A stretch of DNA of 64,000 nucleotides from Histomonas meleagridis 2922-C6/04-290x (GCA_020184695.1 JAANOX010000083.1:62001-126000); one strand, 5' to 3'; positions 1 to 10,604 are shown, counted from the first letter of the stretch. The notes: generated by a model from the letters alone, not told the origin. Made by a program: numbers and translations.

Positions 1-219
1 GATGCAAACGTGAAAAATCATTGGACAAATATAGTGACAAGAAGAAAAAGGGAAAAACTTAAATTTGCTGTCGAAGCAAATGAAGGAGAACCAAGTGTAA
101 TCGAAAAGGATGAAATTTTCAAATTTGATGCAAATAATATAACGGATTTTAATTTTGGCTTCAAAAGCGAATTGCCAGATTACTATTCATTTCAAGGTGA
201 TGATTTCTTTGATTTTTAA
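1..219 (+). CDS. 3' end of a Myb-like DNA-binding protein (5'-truncated by window edge)
   Basis: Frame from nt 1 reads DANVKNHW, the end of a Myb R3 repeat, followed by a basic patch and a DFFDF tail. Confidence 0.6.
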   Translation, partial: DANVKNHWTNIVTRRKREKLKFAVEANEGEPSVIEKDEIFKFDANNITDFNFGFKSELPDYYSFQGDDFFDF

Positions 220-436
220 TTGGTAATAGAATTTTTTGTTATTATGATTGTAAGTTGTTCCAAAAATATAACTAAATATTTAGAGAGACAACATTCTTTT
301 TGTGTATTAATGGAAGTATAAATAATATGAGTATTTTTTTTATAAAGAATTCTTATAATTTTGTCTTGCAGGTTAAGAAAACATTCAGAATAATTATGAT
401 TGTCATATTTTTTCAATAAAATTATTTCTGCTCAAA

Positions 437-1468
437 ATGGAGCAATGGTCAATTTCTTGTAAAAACTCAGCAGGAATAACGCATAAAGTAACGCCAACAG
501 GTATTTGGATCACTTACATGAATGGGAATAAATATTTTTTTCCATTTTATGAAACCTTAACTATTGCTCCATCAAATGTTGGAAGTTCTCTTTCTGGTTA
601 TTTTCTTTATTTAATCATTAATGAACAGCTTCACATTATCACACTTACTTCGAAAACATTATATGATGATATATTATGCCCAGATCTTCAATTTATTCAA
701 GCATATTTTTTCTATGAAGAAAAGTTTTTGATTGCATTATCCACTTCATTCTCATTCGTAATTGTTTCAGTTTTCGGGAAGAAGAAAAAATTAACTTATT
801 CTTTTTTAAATTATCTTGAAGAAAATGAGTTAGATCAGATAGAATCATTTGAAATCAATGAATCCACTAGAACTATCCGACTTATTTTGTCTACACGCAG
901 TTTATATTTTAACATTCCAATTGAAAATGAAACCTTTCAACAAATTGATGATTCCCAAAGTTCACTTTTTTTCTACCAAGAAACAAACGAAATCGAAACA
1001 AATCAATACAGTGACCTTAGTGAAAGCGAAAGTGACACAGATTATAGTGTTCATAGTGAACTTGATGAAATTAATGAAATCAACGAAGTCAAAGAAAAGC
1101 TCATTGACAGCCTCAGCAGAGCTGCCTCTTTTGTTACCGAGCGTAATCGGCGTCTTTTAATTCGGAAACAAGCGCTTAAATCCAATGTTTCTGATTACAA
1201 GATGCGATTATCGGAAACCAAAAAACGCTCTGAAGCCATCAAAATGCGCTTCTGTACTCTCTATCAGCGAATAAGTAACTTGATTCAGCTCGTTGACACT
1301 GCGGAGAAAACAGGTGAATACATGCACAAGTTGGATGACGAGAAAAGAAAAGAAAGTAAAATCGAAATAGGAAATGGATATGTTGCGCCGAATGTTCTCT
1401 ATCATATGTCTTCGCGTTCCCATACCATATCCAAAGCTATTGACGAATTAATTGATGAATTATGTTAG
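437..1468 (+). CDS. Hypothetical protein, beta-rich N-terminus, acidic linker, C-terminal coiled coil
   Basis: 343-aa ATG-initiated ORF; no family motif recognised with confidence. Confidence 0.75.
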   Translation: MEQWSISCKNSAGITHKVTPTGIWITYMNGNKYFFPFYETLTIAPSNVGSSLSGYFLYLIINEQLHIITLTSKTLYDDILCPDLQFIQAYFFYEEKFLIALSTSFSFVIVSVFGKKKKLTYSFLNYLEENELDQIESFEINESTRTIRLILSTRSLYFNIPIENETFQQIDDSQSSLFFYQETNEIETNQYSDLSESESDTDYSVHSELDEINEINEVKEKLIDSLSRAASFVTERNRRLLIRKQALKSNVSDYKMRLSETKKRSEAIKMRFCTLYQRISNLIQLVDTAEKTGEYMHKLDDEKRKESKIEIGNGYVAPNVLYHMSSRSHTISKAIDELIDELC

Positions 1469-1690
1469 TAAATATATGTATACATATATTTTAATGCATT
1501 AAAATTGTTTATAAATAATATCATTGATATATATATTAATATGAATTTAGTGAATATAAAACAAAATAAATTTTAATATCATCAAAAATACATAATACGA
1601 AATATTGTCGATTTAAATGTGGAGTGATTAATAATAAATATGAAAGTATATTACGGTGCAAAAAATATAAATCGAAATTACAATAACGTT

Positions 1691-2251
1691 TTACTCATCA
1701 TCATCTTCTTCTTCTGAAATGAAAACAATGTCTACACCTTGAATTTCACCCTTTTCAGTTGAAACATAACAGTTATATCCGCCATCTCCCATTCCAGATG
1801 ATGAAACGCATCCTCCTAGGAGTACACCAGCTCCGTAAGGCGTGTTCAAAGTGAGATCACAACACACTGAATACCATGGCCGATCAGGGCATAATGGCTC
1901 TTCAATCTTGGCAGCAATTTCATTTTTTTCATAGTATTGGATGTCAAATATGCCTGCTTGCCCACTTTCAACGTCAAGACCATGTTTTAGAGTCCATTTC
2001 AAAGAAGCCATTTCATCTTTAACTGAAGAATGAATTGCACAAAGTTGATGACAGATAGTGCCCCATCCACTGTATGGTTTATAGACTACATATGCTAACC
2101 ATTTACCTTTTTTAGCATTTTGTATCATATAATTTCCACTAAAAAACTCCTGCTTCAAAATATCTTTAAGACTAAAACATGGATCAGTTGCTATGATATT
2201 TCCTGATAAGATTTCGAATTCACCAATAAATACAAGTTCTTTGATGTTCAT
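1691..2251 (-). CDS. DUF4241-like protein of bacterial type
   Basis: Motifs IIATDPC, LDVESGQAGIFD and SSGMGDGGYNCY match the GxGDGxY signature of DUF4241. Confidence 0.7.
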   Translation of the reverse strand: MNIKELVFIGEFEILSGNIIATDPCFSLKDILKQEFFSGNYMIQNAKKGKWLAYVVYKPYSGWGTICHQLCAIHSSVKDEMASLKWTLKHGLDVESGQAGIFDIQYYEKNEIAAKIEEPLCPDRPWYSVCCDLTLNTPYGAGVLLGGCVSSSGMGDGGYNCYVSTEKGEIQGVDIVFISEEEDDDE

Positions 2252-2584
2252 GAGGGGGGGGGGTCGTTGTCTTTTTTAGTAAACTATTTAAATCATATCA
2301 CAAAACAACTGGTCAAGCTAGTGTCACTTTTTTAAACTTGAGAATCAGGAGCGAGATAAATAAATTGAATGTATGTGCAAAGATAAATAACTCGTTTATT
2401 AATTTTAATTGTTTATGGTAAAACTTTGAATGAAAACGAGTTATTCACCCTCTCGGAAGTTTAATATAGCCAAAAACTTCAGCAAAAGCACAAGATACAT
2501 GAAATAAACGATTGATACAAACAAAAACAAAACGCATCTCCTTCATATAAAATGAAGTGCTTTATGTGATGGATGCTAATGCAT

Positions 2585-3238
2585 TTAGTAAACACGATGT
2601 GGTTTGCCCATTGTTGAATGGAGTGTGATGGCACCAATTGATTGCCATTGTTTCTTAAGAAGAGAAACTACATAGTTTGTAGCAAGCATAACATTTTGGT
2701 ATACTTGTTCTGGTTTCATTGCAACGTTAGCAACAGCTACACCAAATGCAATTGATTTCTTGAGCCTGAACTTGACTGTCTTACGGGCTTCATCAACAGC
2801 GTCTGCAACTTTGTCCGATGAACGAATTGGTGCTGGGAATTTACCTGTCTTGTTGAATGCTGGACCGAGTGTCTTATTGAGATTTTTGATGATTGTATCA
2901 GATGCAAGGAATAGGTGATGCTTCTTAGCCCAATATTTGATTGTCTTCTTATCCTTATTAAAGTTAGTAAGTGTTTGAAGATCATAATATGGAACATTGA
3001 TAGCAGCTGCTTGCTCACAATGAATCTTATCACCCATAATACCAATGCGAAGGCCTGGGCGGATTACGTTCGGAAGCTTGATGCTACCAATAAAACGCTT
3101 ATCCTTAGCAATATTATAACCTTTAAGACGAATTTGAAGTTCAATGGTTTCAGTGAACTTCCTCTTCTTCTTGTTGTTAGAATAGTCAAGGATTTCAGCA
3201 ATGGCGGATCTTAAGTTTTCTTGGTGAATGCGAGACAT
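2585..3238 (-). CDS. RPL10A: 60S ribosomal protein L10a (uL1)
   Basis: 217 aa; KRKFTETIELQI, KDKRF, LGPAFNKTGKFP, STMGKP; high-expression codon bias. Confidence 0.97.
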   Translation of the reverse strand: MSRIHQENLRSAIAEILDYSNNKKKRKFTETIELQIRLKGYNIAKDKRFIGSIKLPNVIRPGLRIGIMGDKIHCEQAAAINVPYYDLQTLTNFNKDKKTIKYWAKKHHLFLASDTIIKNLNKTLGPAFNKTGKFPAPIRSSDKVADAVDEARKTVKFRLKKSIAFGVAVANVAMKPEQVYQNVMLATNYVVSLLKKQWQSIGAITLHSTMGKPHRVY

Positions 3239-3243
3239 TCAAG

Positions 3244-3249
3244 AAATGA
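3244..3249 (-). promoter_or_regulatory. Initiator (Inr) TCATTT of RPL10A
   Basis: TCATTT a few nt upstream of the ATG, the typical trichomonad Inr position. Confidence 0.7.
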
Positions 3250-3354
3250 GTACGGCCACGTCCCTCAATTATTTGAATAACTGTGTTTAGTTTTTAACCA
3301 ATGAAATGTGATATGAAATATCTATTGATAAAAGTGTCAACTTGCCCCTTCAAG

Positions 3355-4317
3355 ATGCAAGATGATGATGAACCAATAATAGTTTCTTCGAAAGGTGGTA
3401 ATTTTTCAGGTCCCTTTTCAATTCTGCAACATTTTTCAGGACTATCCCATCGTTCGGAATTAATAGATTTTGATTCATTAACGGAACAGGAAAAAGAACT
3501 CTTTGATCCTGAAAAATTATCATGTTTTTATATAAAACCTCATATTAGTGAAGAGCTTATTTTTGGTCCATTACAAATGTGGAATGATTCAGATCAATAT
3601 TCTGGAACATTTAATGTAAGCCAGTCAGTAAGAAGGATTATGCAATCCAATAAGTACATTGTTCCCGTTGCTTTTTGTATAACAAAAGATTCATATTTGT
3701 GGCCTCTTCACTTTTCGATCACATTAAATGGGGTACGTTATGATAGACCAGAGTTTAACATTAATCCAGAATCTCAAGGATATTGGCTTAATTTGTCATC
3801 ATCTTTCTCCTTTTCATCAAATCAAATTCAAGTTTATGCTGATTCTAATGTATCTCAGAAGTTCATAATTGTTATTCGTCTTTTCTGCGCTCCAACTGAC
3901 CTTGATCTAGCTAAAAAAGTTCTAACTCATCCACATACAGATTTAGATCATTGGAAAGAACTTTTCAAAATTTATAAATCAGAGAACGAAGATGCTGTTG
4001 TATCTAATACTTTTGTTCTCTCTTTAAATTGTCCAATTGGTCTTTGGAAAATTACTGATCCATGTCGCAGCATTAACTGTTCACATCTTCTGTGTTTCGA
4101 TTTAATGACATTTCTACGTTATGCAAGAAGCTATGGTCAATGGAAGTGCCCAATTTGCGGTAAGGAGTGCACATTAGACGAACTGCAAATTGATGACTTT
4201 GTGCAACAGATAATCAATACTTTACCCGAAAAGTGCGAAAGCGCATTTGTAAATGAAAATGGTGATTATAAAGTGGATAAAATTGTTAATGATGATGTTA
4301 TTGAAGAATCGGACTAA
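3355..4317 (+). CDS. SP-RING (MIZ) zinc-finger protein, SUMO E3 ligase-like
   Basis: LSLNCPIG..PCRSINCSHLLCFD..WKCPICGK; ORF opens at 3301, likely start MQDDDE at 3355. Confidence 0.88.
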   Translation: MQDDDEPIIVSSKGGNFSGPFSILQHFSGLSHRSELIDFDSLTEQEKELFDPEKLSCFYIKPHISEELIFGPLQMWNDSDQYSGTFNVSQSVRRIMQSNKYIVPVAFCITKDSYLWPLHFSITLNGVRYDRPEFNINPESQGYWLNLSSSFSFSSNQIQVYADSNVSQKFIIVIRLFCAPTDLDLAKKVLTHPHTDLDHWKELFKIYKSENEDAVVSNTFVLSLNCPIGLWKITDPCRSINCSHLLCFDLMTFLRYARSYGQWKCPICGKECTLDELQIDDFVQQIINTLPEKCESAFVNENGDYKVDKIVNDDVIEESD

Positions 4318-4599
4318 AAAATGTTTGTATAAATTAAAATGTTCTTAAATTATTTTTTTGTTATACCATTATGTGTTCAATTTCAATCCAGCAAATGAAA
4401 TAATAGAAAAAATCCATAAAATAATGTGAATTATATCTAAAAAATATGTAAATAATTTATTATTTTTATAAAATGAGTGTATAGAAATTAATTTTGATAT
4501 AAATTCCTATTTTTCTTCATATGCATGAAGTAATTGTTCGATTTCTGTATGACCTTTGAAGGATGCATACATGGTTGCTGAACATAATAATTTTTATAT

Positions 4600-4930
4600 T
4601 TTTCAGATTTTATTATAAAATAAAAAAATATTAAAATAAAAATCATAAATGCTGTTTTAAATAATTTATGTAACTTCCAAATATTATTTTGAAATCCAAA
4701 ATTATTAAAATAAACATCAAATAAAACAAACAAAAATCTTTAGCATTAATATCAGTTCCTTCTTGTCCAAGAAGGAATTTAACTATTTCTGTTAAACCAT
4801 TTCCAGTTGCAATTATATTTCCTGTTTCAAATGTTTTAAATAAATTCTAAATATTATTTTGAAATTTCAAATTATTTTAAATAACAAATTGTATAAATAA
4901 ATATTTTCATCATTTAGATCAAGAAGCTAT
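4600..4930 (-). pseudogene. Degenerate ankyrin module + spacer array
   Basis: 93-nt module 4736-4828 (ETGNIIATGNGLTEIVKFLLGQEGTDINAKD) flanked by 74-nt and 77-nt spacers homologous to those at 5.2-6.2 kb; neighbouring modules broken. Confidence 0.7.
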
Positions 4931-5227
4931 TGATCTAAAAAATATTATTTTTTCTAGTTATTCATGAATTTTATATTGTTTTAGAACCTGAAACCCACCA
5001 TGAAAAAAAAAAATTCATTCAAATTCTTCATTTTTTTCTCCCATTTTTTTAAAAAATTGATGTAAAAAATTATATAAAGTGGAGATCTGGTTTATTTTAG
5101 ATATTTATTTTCAGCATAAATTGGAATCGTTGTTTTATAAATTATATAACCTGAAAATGAAAATCTTAACGAATGCTCGTTATAATAAAAAACCATTTTT
5201 TATAAGAAAAATAAAAATAGTGAACTA

Positions 5228-6157
5228 TTAGTTTATGAAGCAAGTACTTTTGGTTGCACCTTTTTCAAGTAATAATTTGATCACATCTGCTTGATGCAGT
5301 CTAGAAGCTTTTTCGATTGCCGTATCATAATTTTATAAGAAATTCCAAATATTTTATCGAAATTAAAAATAATCAAAATAAACATTAAACAAAGCTATTA
5401 AATATTTTTAGTATTAACATCAATTCCTTCTTGTTCAAGAAGCAATTTCACAATTTCTGTGTGACCAAACCCAGATGCCATCATAAGTGGTGTATCAAAT
5501 ATATTAAATAATTTCCAAATATTATTTTAAAATACTAAATTATTAAAATAAATATTATCTTTAACATTAATATCAATTCCTTCTTGTTCAAGAAGTAATT
5601 TAACAAATTCTACTTTGCCACCTGTGGATGCTGTCAAAAGCGCTGATATAAATATTTTAAATAATTCCCAAATGTTATTTCGAAATATAAAATTATTAAA
5701 TCAAAATTTAAACACAACAAACAAATATTTTTAGCATTGATATCGATGCCTTTTTGGTTAAGAAGCAATTTAACAATATCAATATGACCATTTTGAGTTG
5801 CTAATATAAGTGGTGTATTAAATATTTTATATAATTTCCAAATATTATTTTGAAATTTTAAATTTTTAAATAATATTTTAAGATTAACATTTAAATATCT
5901 CTGACATTTACATCAATAACTCCAATATTTTCAAGAAGTAATTGAACAGCTTCAATATCACCTTTATCAGAAGCAACAAGAAGTTCTCTATATATTGTAA
6001 ATAAACTTCGAAAATTTGTTGAGAAATCTTATATGATAAAAAAAAATATCAAACAAGATAAGTATACATCTTTAGAATTTTTCATTTCTTGATCTATAAG
6101 TTCGTCTAATATTTCTGTTGGATCACCCCCATCAGGAGATAAAGTGTTCATTTCCAT
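5228..6157 (-). CDS. Five-ankyrin-repeat gene split by non-GT-AG spacers
   Basis: Coding blocks 6157-6068 (ATG), 5989-5897, 5819-5727, 5649-5557, 5496-5404 (93 nt each) and 5326-5228 (stop), all stop-free; e.g. NTPLILATQNGHIDIVKLLLNQKGIDINAKN. Spacers of 78, 77, 77, 60, 77 nt. Confidence 0.75.
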
Positions 6158-6893
6158 CGCTAGGTTGAACCGTGTGGGTGAAAAACGTTTTTCTCAATTT
6201 CAAATATTCACAATTTTCAATAAATTCAAAAAGTGGCGAAAAGGAGATAAATCTATCTTGAAAAATGAATTGTCGCAAGATAGCAATGTTTTTCCAAGAA
6301 TTTTTTTGTAAACATAAGCAAAAATGTGTGGTGTTTATTTCAGGGTTTGTATAAATATTGACTAAATATACACAAAATTATTTTGAAATTTTGTTTTAGT
6401 TTCGACATCTTATGATTATTCGAATTTCTTCACGTACTTAATTCAAAAGATAAATAAATAACAAAACAACAATTATTCTCATATCTTTTCTGTTTTAGTT
6501 ATAAATAAAATCACTATCACATTAGCAATACAATTGTAATATTAACCCATAATATGAAAAATAAAGAAGAAATTGACGAAAATTTGCTGCGATCGGAAGA
6601 AAGTGAACATTGAACTACAAATACAATTACAACAATAATATCATCATCTAATAATTAATAAGATCCATTTACGGAAGATTTCAAAATTCTTGAACAAATG
6701 TAAATACATTGTTTAATAAGTCTAAAATAAAGATATCACTTTGATACAATTTTTTAAGTATAAAATGGTAATAAATATTTATATATATATATTTGAATAA
6801 ATTTTTGAAATGATATGAAATGTTTATAGGATTTTGTTAAAAATTAAATAAAAAAAATTATTTTTGAACTAATAATATTTATTATTCACACAT

Positions 6894-9800
6894 TCAATCT
6901 GCTTCATCCTCTTCTTCTTTTTTCTTCTTCCTTTCTTCCTCTTTTCTTCTTCTTTTTTCTTCTTCTCTCTTTCTTCTTTCTTCGATTTCTTTTCTCTTTC
7001 TTTCTTCTCTCATTCTTTTATCTTCTTCAGCTTGAATTTCTTCAAACTTCGTAATATTTGCTTTTAACTTATCGACGAGATTACTTAAAGAAGTAATAAC
7101 ACTTGATACAGTCTCAAACATTGGTAAACAGACAGATTTATAAAATCCGATTTTAGATCTTTGTCTATCTAAATGTTCTCTGTCATTATAACCTCTTTCA
7201 TATATCATTCCTTTAGCTTGTGATAAGTCTCCGTTATTAAAGAATTCATCACAAATAAATTCGGAACATTTTTGTAGTTCATCAAATTCGCCGACGGTTA
7301 TCGATAAGTCGGCGGTTTTCATCAACAACTTCAACATCAAAATTCGACCGTTTTCGGATTCGCTCCACTTTTGGCCAACTTTTGAGAAGCTATTCAAAAT
7401 TTCAAAGTGATTTGACATATCGGTTGACAGAATCAAATCGACGAAAATTTGCCAAACGTTCTCCAATTGATTTTCAGGAATTTTTTCGAAAATATTATTT
7501 TCATCTTTAGTTAAAATCGAAATTAATTTCGAACAATGATGAGTTTTTATAACTGAATGATTCTTATATAAAATCGTTAAAGGGATTTCTGCTTTTTTGT
7601 TGAATATTTTAGAAACGTCACCTTCGTAACTTGTGTTATTACATAAACAAGTTACGAAAAGTATAAAAATTTCAAGTTTTGAGAATATTTTATCCAAATT
7701 TCCCATATAAATCAAATAAGCTAAAAACCTTGTCATTAAAATTATGTTTTTCCAATTATGATATTTCGAAGTATCATTATAACTTTCTTTAATTTGATAC
7801 AAAAATGAGAATAATTTTTCTGATTTAATGTTAAAATTATTTAATAAGTCGAAAGTTTCGAATAAATTAAATATTAACTTAAATGAAGAAATTCCTTGGA
7901 ATGAACTAATATCGAAACTTAAATTATAATAAAACTTTTGTTCTTCTTCATTTAGTTTTAATTTTTCGGGAATTATATTCTTATTTCGTTCATCTTGTTT
8001 AATCCAATTTTGTAATTCTACTTCAAGTGTACCAAGTTGAGTAATATTCTTTAATTTATATCTTTCAAGTGATAAAGATAAAAACACAGAATATGATTCA
8101 AGTAATTTTTGATCATCATATGTAAACTTTTGTAATGTCTTTTTCCATTGCATTAAAACAGCACCTAAAACATTTCGATCATTTGTTATAATCGGAACAA
8201 CAATTAAAGATTTTTCCGGATTTTGATTATCATTTTCGATGATACTTGTTTTGTTTTGTATAGTTTTATCCACCAAATTATTTCTTCTTTCTTTTTCTTT
8301 TTGATCTTCAGTATCATCATTTGATTTCCCTTGCATTAATTGGGTTATAATAGCACGTTTTACTCCGAGTGAATCTTCAGTTGTTTCTTCTTTCTTTTGT
8401 ACACGTTTTAACTTTGCTTCAATATCTTCATCATAAGCATAAGAAACAAAATTATTATCATTTGAAACTTTATATAATATTACAATTACTGCGCCAATAA
8501 CTTTACGAATATTTTTAAGTATTTCTTCCATCATTTTCTTTACCGTCTGTGGATGTGATAACGAATAAGAAATATCGAAAAATGACCGTAATTGTAATGA
8601 TAAATCAATTGAAGCACGATATAATCTTGCGTTTTCAATTGAGATACCACAAAATACATTAAATATTTGTATGAGTTTTTCATCTTCTTCAGTGAAAACT
8701 CCATCATTTTTATTAATCATTTCAGTAACGCCTCTAATTTCATGTTTATCATCAAAGATTGGGACACATAATAATGTTAATGTTCGATAACCAGTTGCTA
8801 AATCAGTTGCCTTATTAAATCGTGGGTCTTCATAAGCGTCATGAATATTTAATATTTTCCCTGTTGTTGCGGTATAACCAACAATACCTGCATTAATTGG
8901 TACCTCAATAGAATTAGATAATCCTCCTTGGAAACTTGTCACAAGTTTATCATGTGTTTCATTCACCATAAATAATGAACATCGATCAGCTTTAACAAGT
9001 TCACATGCACGTTGCATAATGTTTGGTATTAATACATCCATTCGTAATTGTCCAGATAATGTTTCTGCTACTCCTAAAAGTGATCGTAATTTCTTTTGTT
9101 GATGAATTGAATCCTTTAAAGCTTTATGATTCTTCTCAACTATTGTTGCTGAGTTTAATGATGATATAATATATGGAGCTATTTTAGCTAAGATTTTCTC
9201 ATCATAATCTGTGAAGAATTGTGGAATTCGTTTCCCTCGTAATGCTATCGCATATATAATTTGTGAATCTGGATCACGAACTGGTATAATTAAGACGGAT
9301 AAATCTCCATTTCCATCTGTCTTTTGATTATATGCAGAATGAACTCGAGCAGATATACATGAAACCATTACTTGTTGACGTAATGCAAAACCTGGAATCC
9401 CTGCTTTATTTGGTGGTACTACTATTGGCGTATCTGAATCGGGTGTAAATAATTGTATTAATTCACATGATTTATCATATTTATAGATTTCAACACCACG
9501 ACAACAAAATAAATGTGTAAGTTTATCACGGACTGTTTCAATATATTGACGAAGTCGACACGTTTGTACTAAACCTGAGGTAATACTACTATCTAATACT
9601 GGTTGAAAGAACCATCGCGAATACATTTGACATTTGGATTGAAAATATTCAACAAATTTTTCATCATCAGGTGTGAAAAAATGATTCGAATCTGCTTCTC
9701 TAATAACTTGTACGACTCCTTTAACATGATTAGAACTGTCAAATAGTGGAAATATTAAAACAGGTGAAGTGATGGAGCAAACCGTTCCATCGGTGGACAA

Positions 9801-10457
9801 ATTGAATGAAATATGATCACCCGCATGTTTGAGAATCATTGTTTTCCTGGAATATTGAGAATAACCTACAAGTCCTGTACCATGTGGAAAATATGATGTT
9901 GTAGTTGGACAATAAAGTACTTTAACAGATGAAACATCATGATAATAAAGTACTTTTTCGGCTAAGAAATATACTTGTAATGTGGATTCGATAAGACGAT
10001 GAAGTGCTATTGTTGATGAATTTGATGCAATTTTATCAAATGCTTCTTCCATTATAAGATGTGATTGAAGTGATTCATATTGTAATGATTTATCTGTACG
10101 TGTAGTATCTATAGATGAAGATCTCCTTGTACTTAAATGTGGTGAATCACTAGTTTGTTGTAAATGAGATTTTACATCAACGCAACTTGTAAGACCAAAT
10201 GTTTCTTGAGGTGGTTTACTTTTGCTTTTTATCTTTTCAATTTGAGCTTTTCGCTTTATTGATATCTTTCTTGACATATATGGAGCAAATTGATTAATCA
10301 TAGCTGGTGTTGCATTTGTATCATCATAAATAGTTTCAAGTGGATGTGTAACTCGTGTAACAGCAGGTGATATTGGACGTAATGCGATAAGTTCCTTTAC
10401 CAAAGACTTCTTTTCATTGCTATCATGGATCTTTTTTAATATTTTTATAGAAGCCAT
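6894..10457 (-). CDS. Multi-GAF cyclic-nucleotide phosphodiesterase-like protein (probably catalytically degenerate)
   Basis: GAF motifs (ADRCSLF, AYEDPRFN..D..TGYRT, EMINK..FT..DE) plus PDE-fold C-terminus (YHNW, ILSTDM, KTADLS); probable ATG at 10457 (ORF track starts at GTG 10502); charged E/K/R tail. Confidence 0.9.
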   Translation of the reverse strand: MASIKILKKIHDSNEKKSLVKELIALRPISPAVTRVTHPLETIYDDTNATPAMINQFAPYMSRKISIKRKAQIEKIKSKSKPPQETFGLTSCVDVKSHLQQTSDSPHLSTRRSSSIDTTRTDKSLQYESLQSHLIMEEAFDKIASNSSTIALHRLIESTLQVYFLAEKVLYYHDVSSVKVLYCPTTTSYFPHGTGLVGYSQYSRKTMILKHAGDHISFNLSTDGTVCSITSPVLIFPLFDSSNHVKGVVQVIREADSNHFFTPDDEKFVEYFQSKCQMYSRWFFQPVLDSSITSGLVQTCRLRQYIETVRDKLTHLFCCRGVEIYKYDKSCELIQLFTPDSDTPIVVPPNKAGIPGFALRQQVMVSCISARVHSAYNQKTDGNGDLSVLIIPVRDPDSQIIYAIALRGKRIPQFFTDYDEKILAKIAPYIISSLNSATIVEKNHKALKDSIHQQKKLRSLLGVAETLSGQLRMDVLIPNIMQRACELVKADRCSLFMVNETHDKLVTSFQGGLSNSIEVPINAGIVGYTATTGKILNIHDAYEDPRFNKATDLATGYRTLTLLCVPIFDDKHEIRGVTEMINKNDGVFTEEDEKLIQIFNVFCGISIENARLYRASIDLSLQLRSFFDISYSLSHPQTVKKMMEEILKNIRKVIGAVIVILYKVSNDNNFVSYAYDEDIEAKLKRVQKKEETTEDSLGVKRAIITQLMQGKSNDDTEDQKEKERRNNLVDKTIQNKTSIIENDNQNPEKSLIVVPIITNDRNVLGAVLMQWKKTLQKFTYDDQKLLESYSVFLSLSLERYKLKNITQLGTLEVELQNWIKQDERNKNIIPEKLKLNEEEQKFYYNLSFDISSFQGISSFKLIFNLFETFDLLNNFNIKSEKLFSFLYQIKESYNDTSKYHNWKNIILMTRFLAYLIYMGNLDKIFSKLEIFILFVTCLCNNTSYEGDVSKIFNKKAEIPLTILYKNHSVIKTHHCSKLISILTKDENNIFEKIPENQLENVWQIFVDLILSTDMSNHFEILNSFSKVGQKWSESENGRILMLKLLMKTADLSITVGEFDELQKCSEFICDEFFNNGDLSQAKGMIYERGYNDREHLDRQRSKIGFYKSVCLPMFETVSSVITSLSNLVDKLKANITKFEEIQAEEDKRMREERKRKEIEERRKREEEKRRRKEEERKKKKEEEDEAD

Positions 10458-10604
10458 TTGCTTTGGTACGTTATAAAGTCTACTAACGTTCTTTACGATC
10501 ACCCAAAACTGGCCAGTTTTTCAATGAGGCAGTTTAAACTATTGAATTATCGACAAAAAAAAATTGTATTTAAAATTTAGGAAGAAAACAAAATAAAAAA
10601 CAGT

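Noticed and set aside
1470-1491. 22-bp perfect palindrome AAATATATGTATACATATATTT
   Set aside because: Almost all A/T; near chance expectation in DNA of this composition
5990-6067. GT..AG in the first ankyrin spacer (GTATAC..TATAG) as a canonical intron
   Set aside because: Splicing GAT|GT..TATAG|A puts the next module out of frame, and most other spacers lack GT at this position
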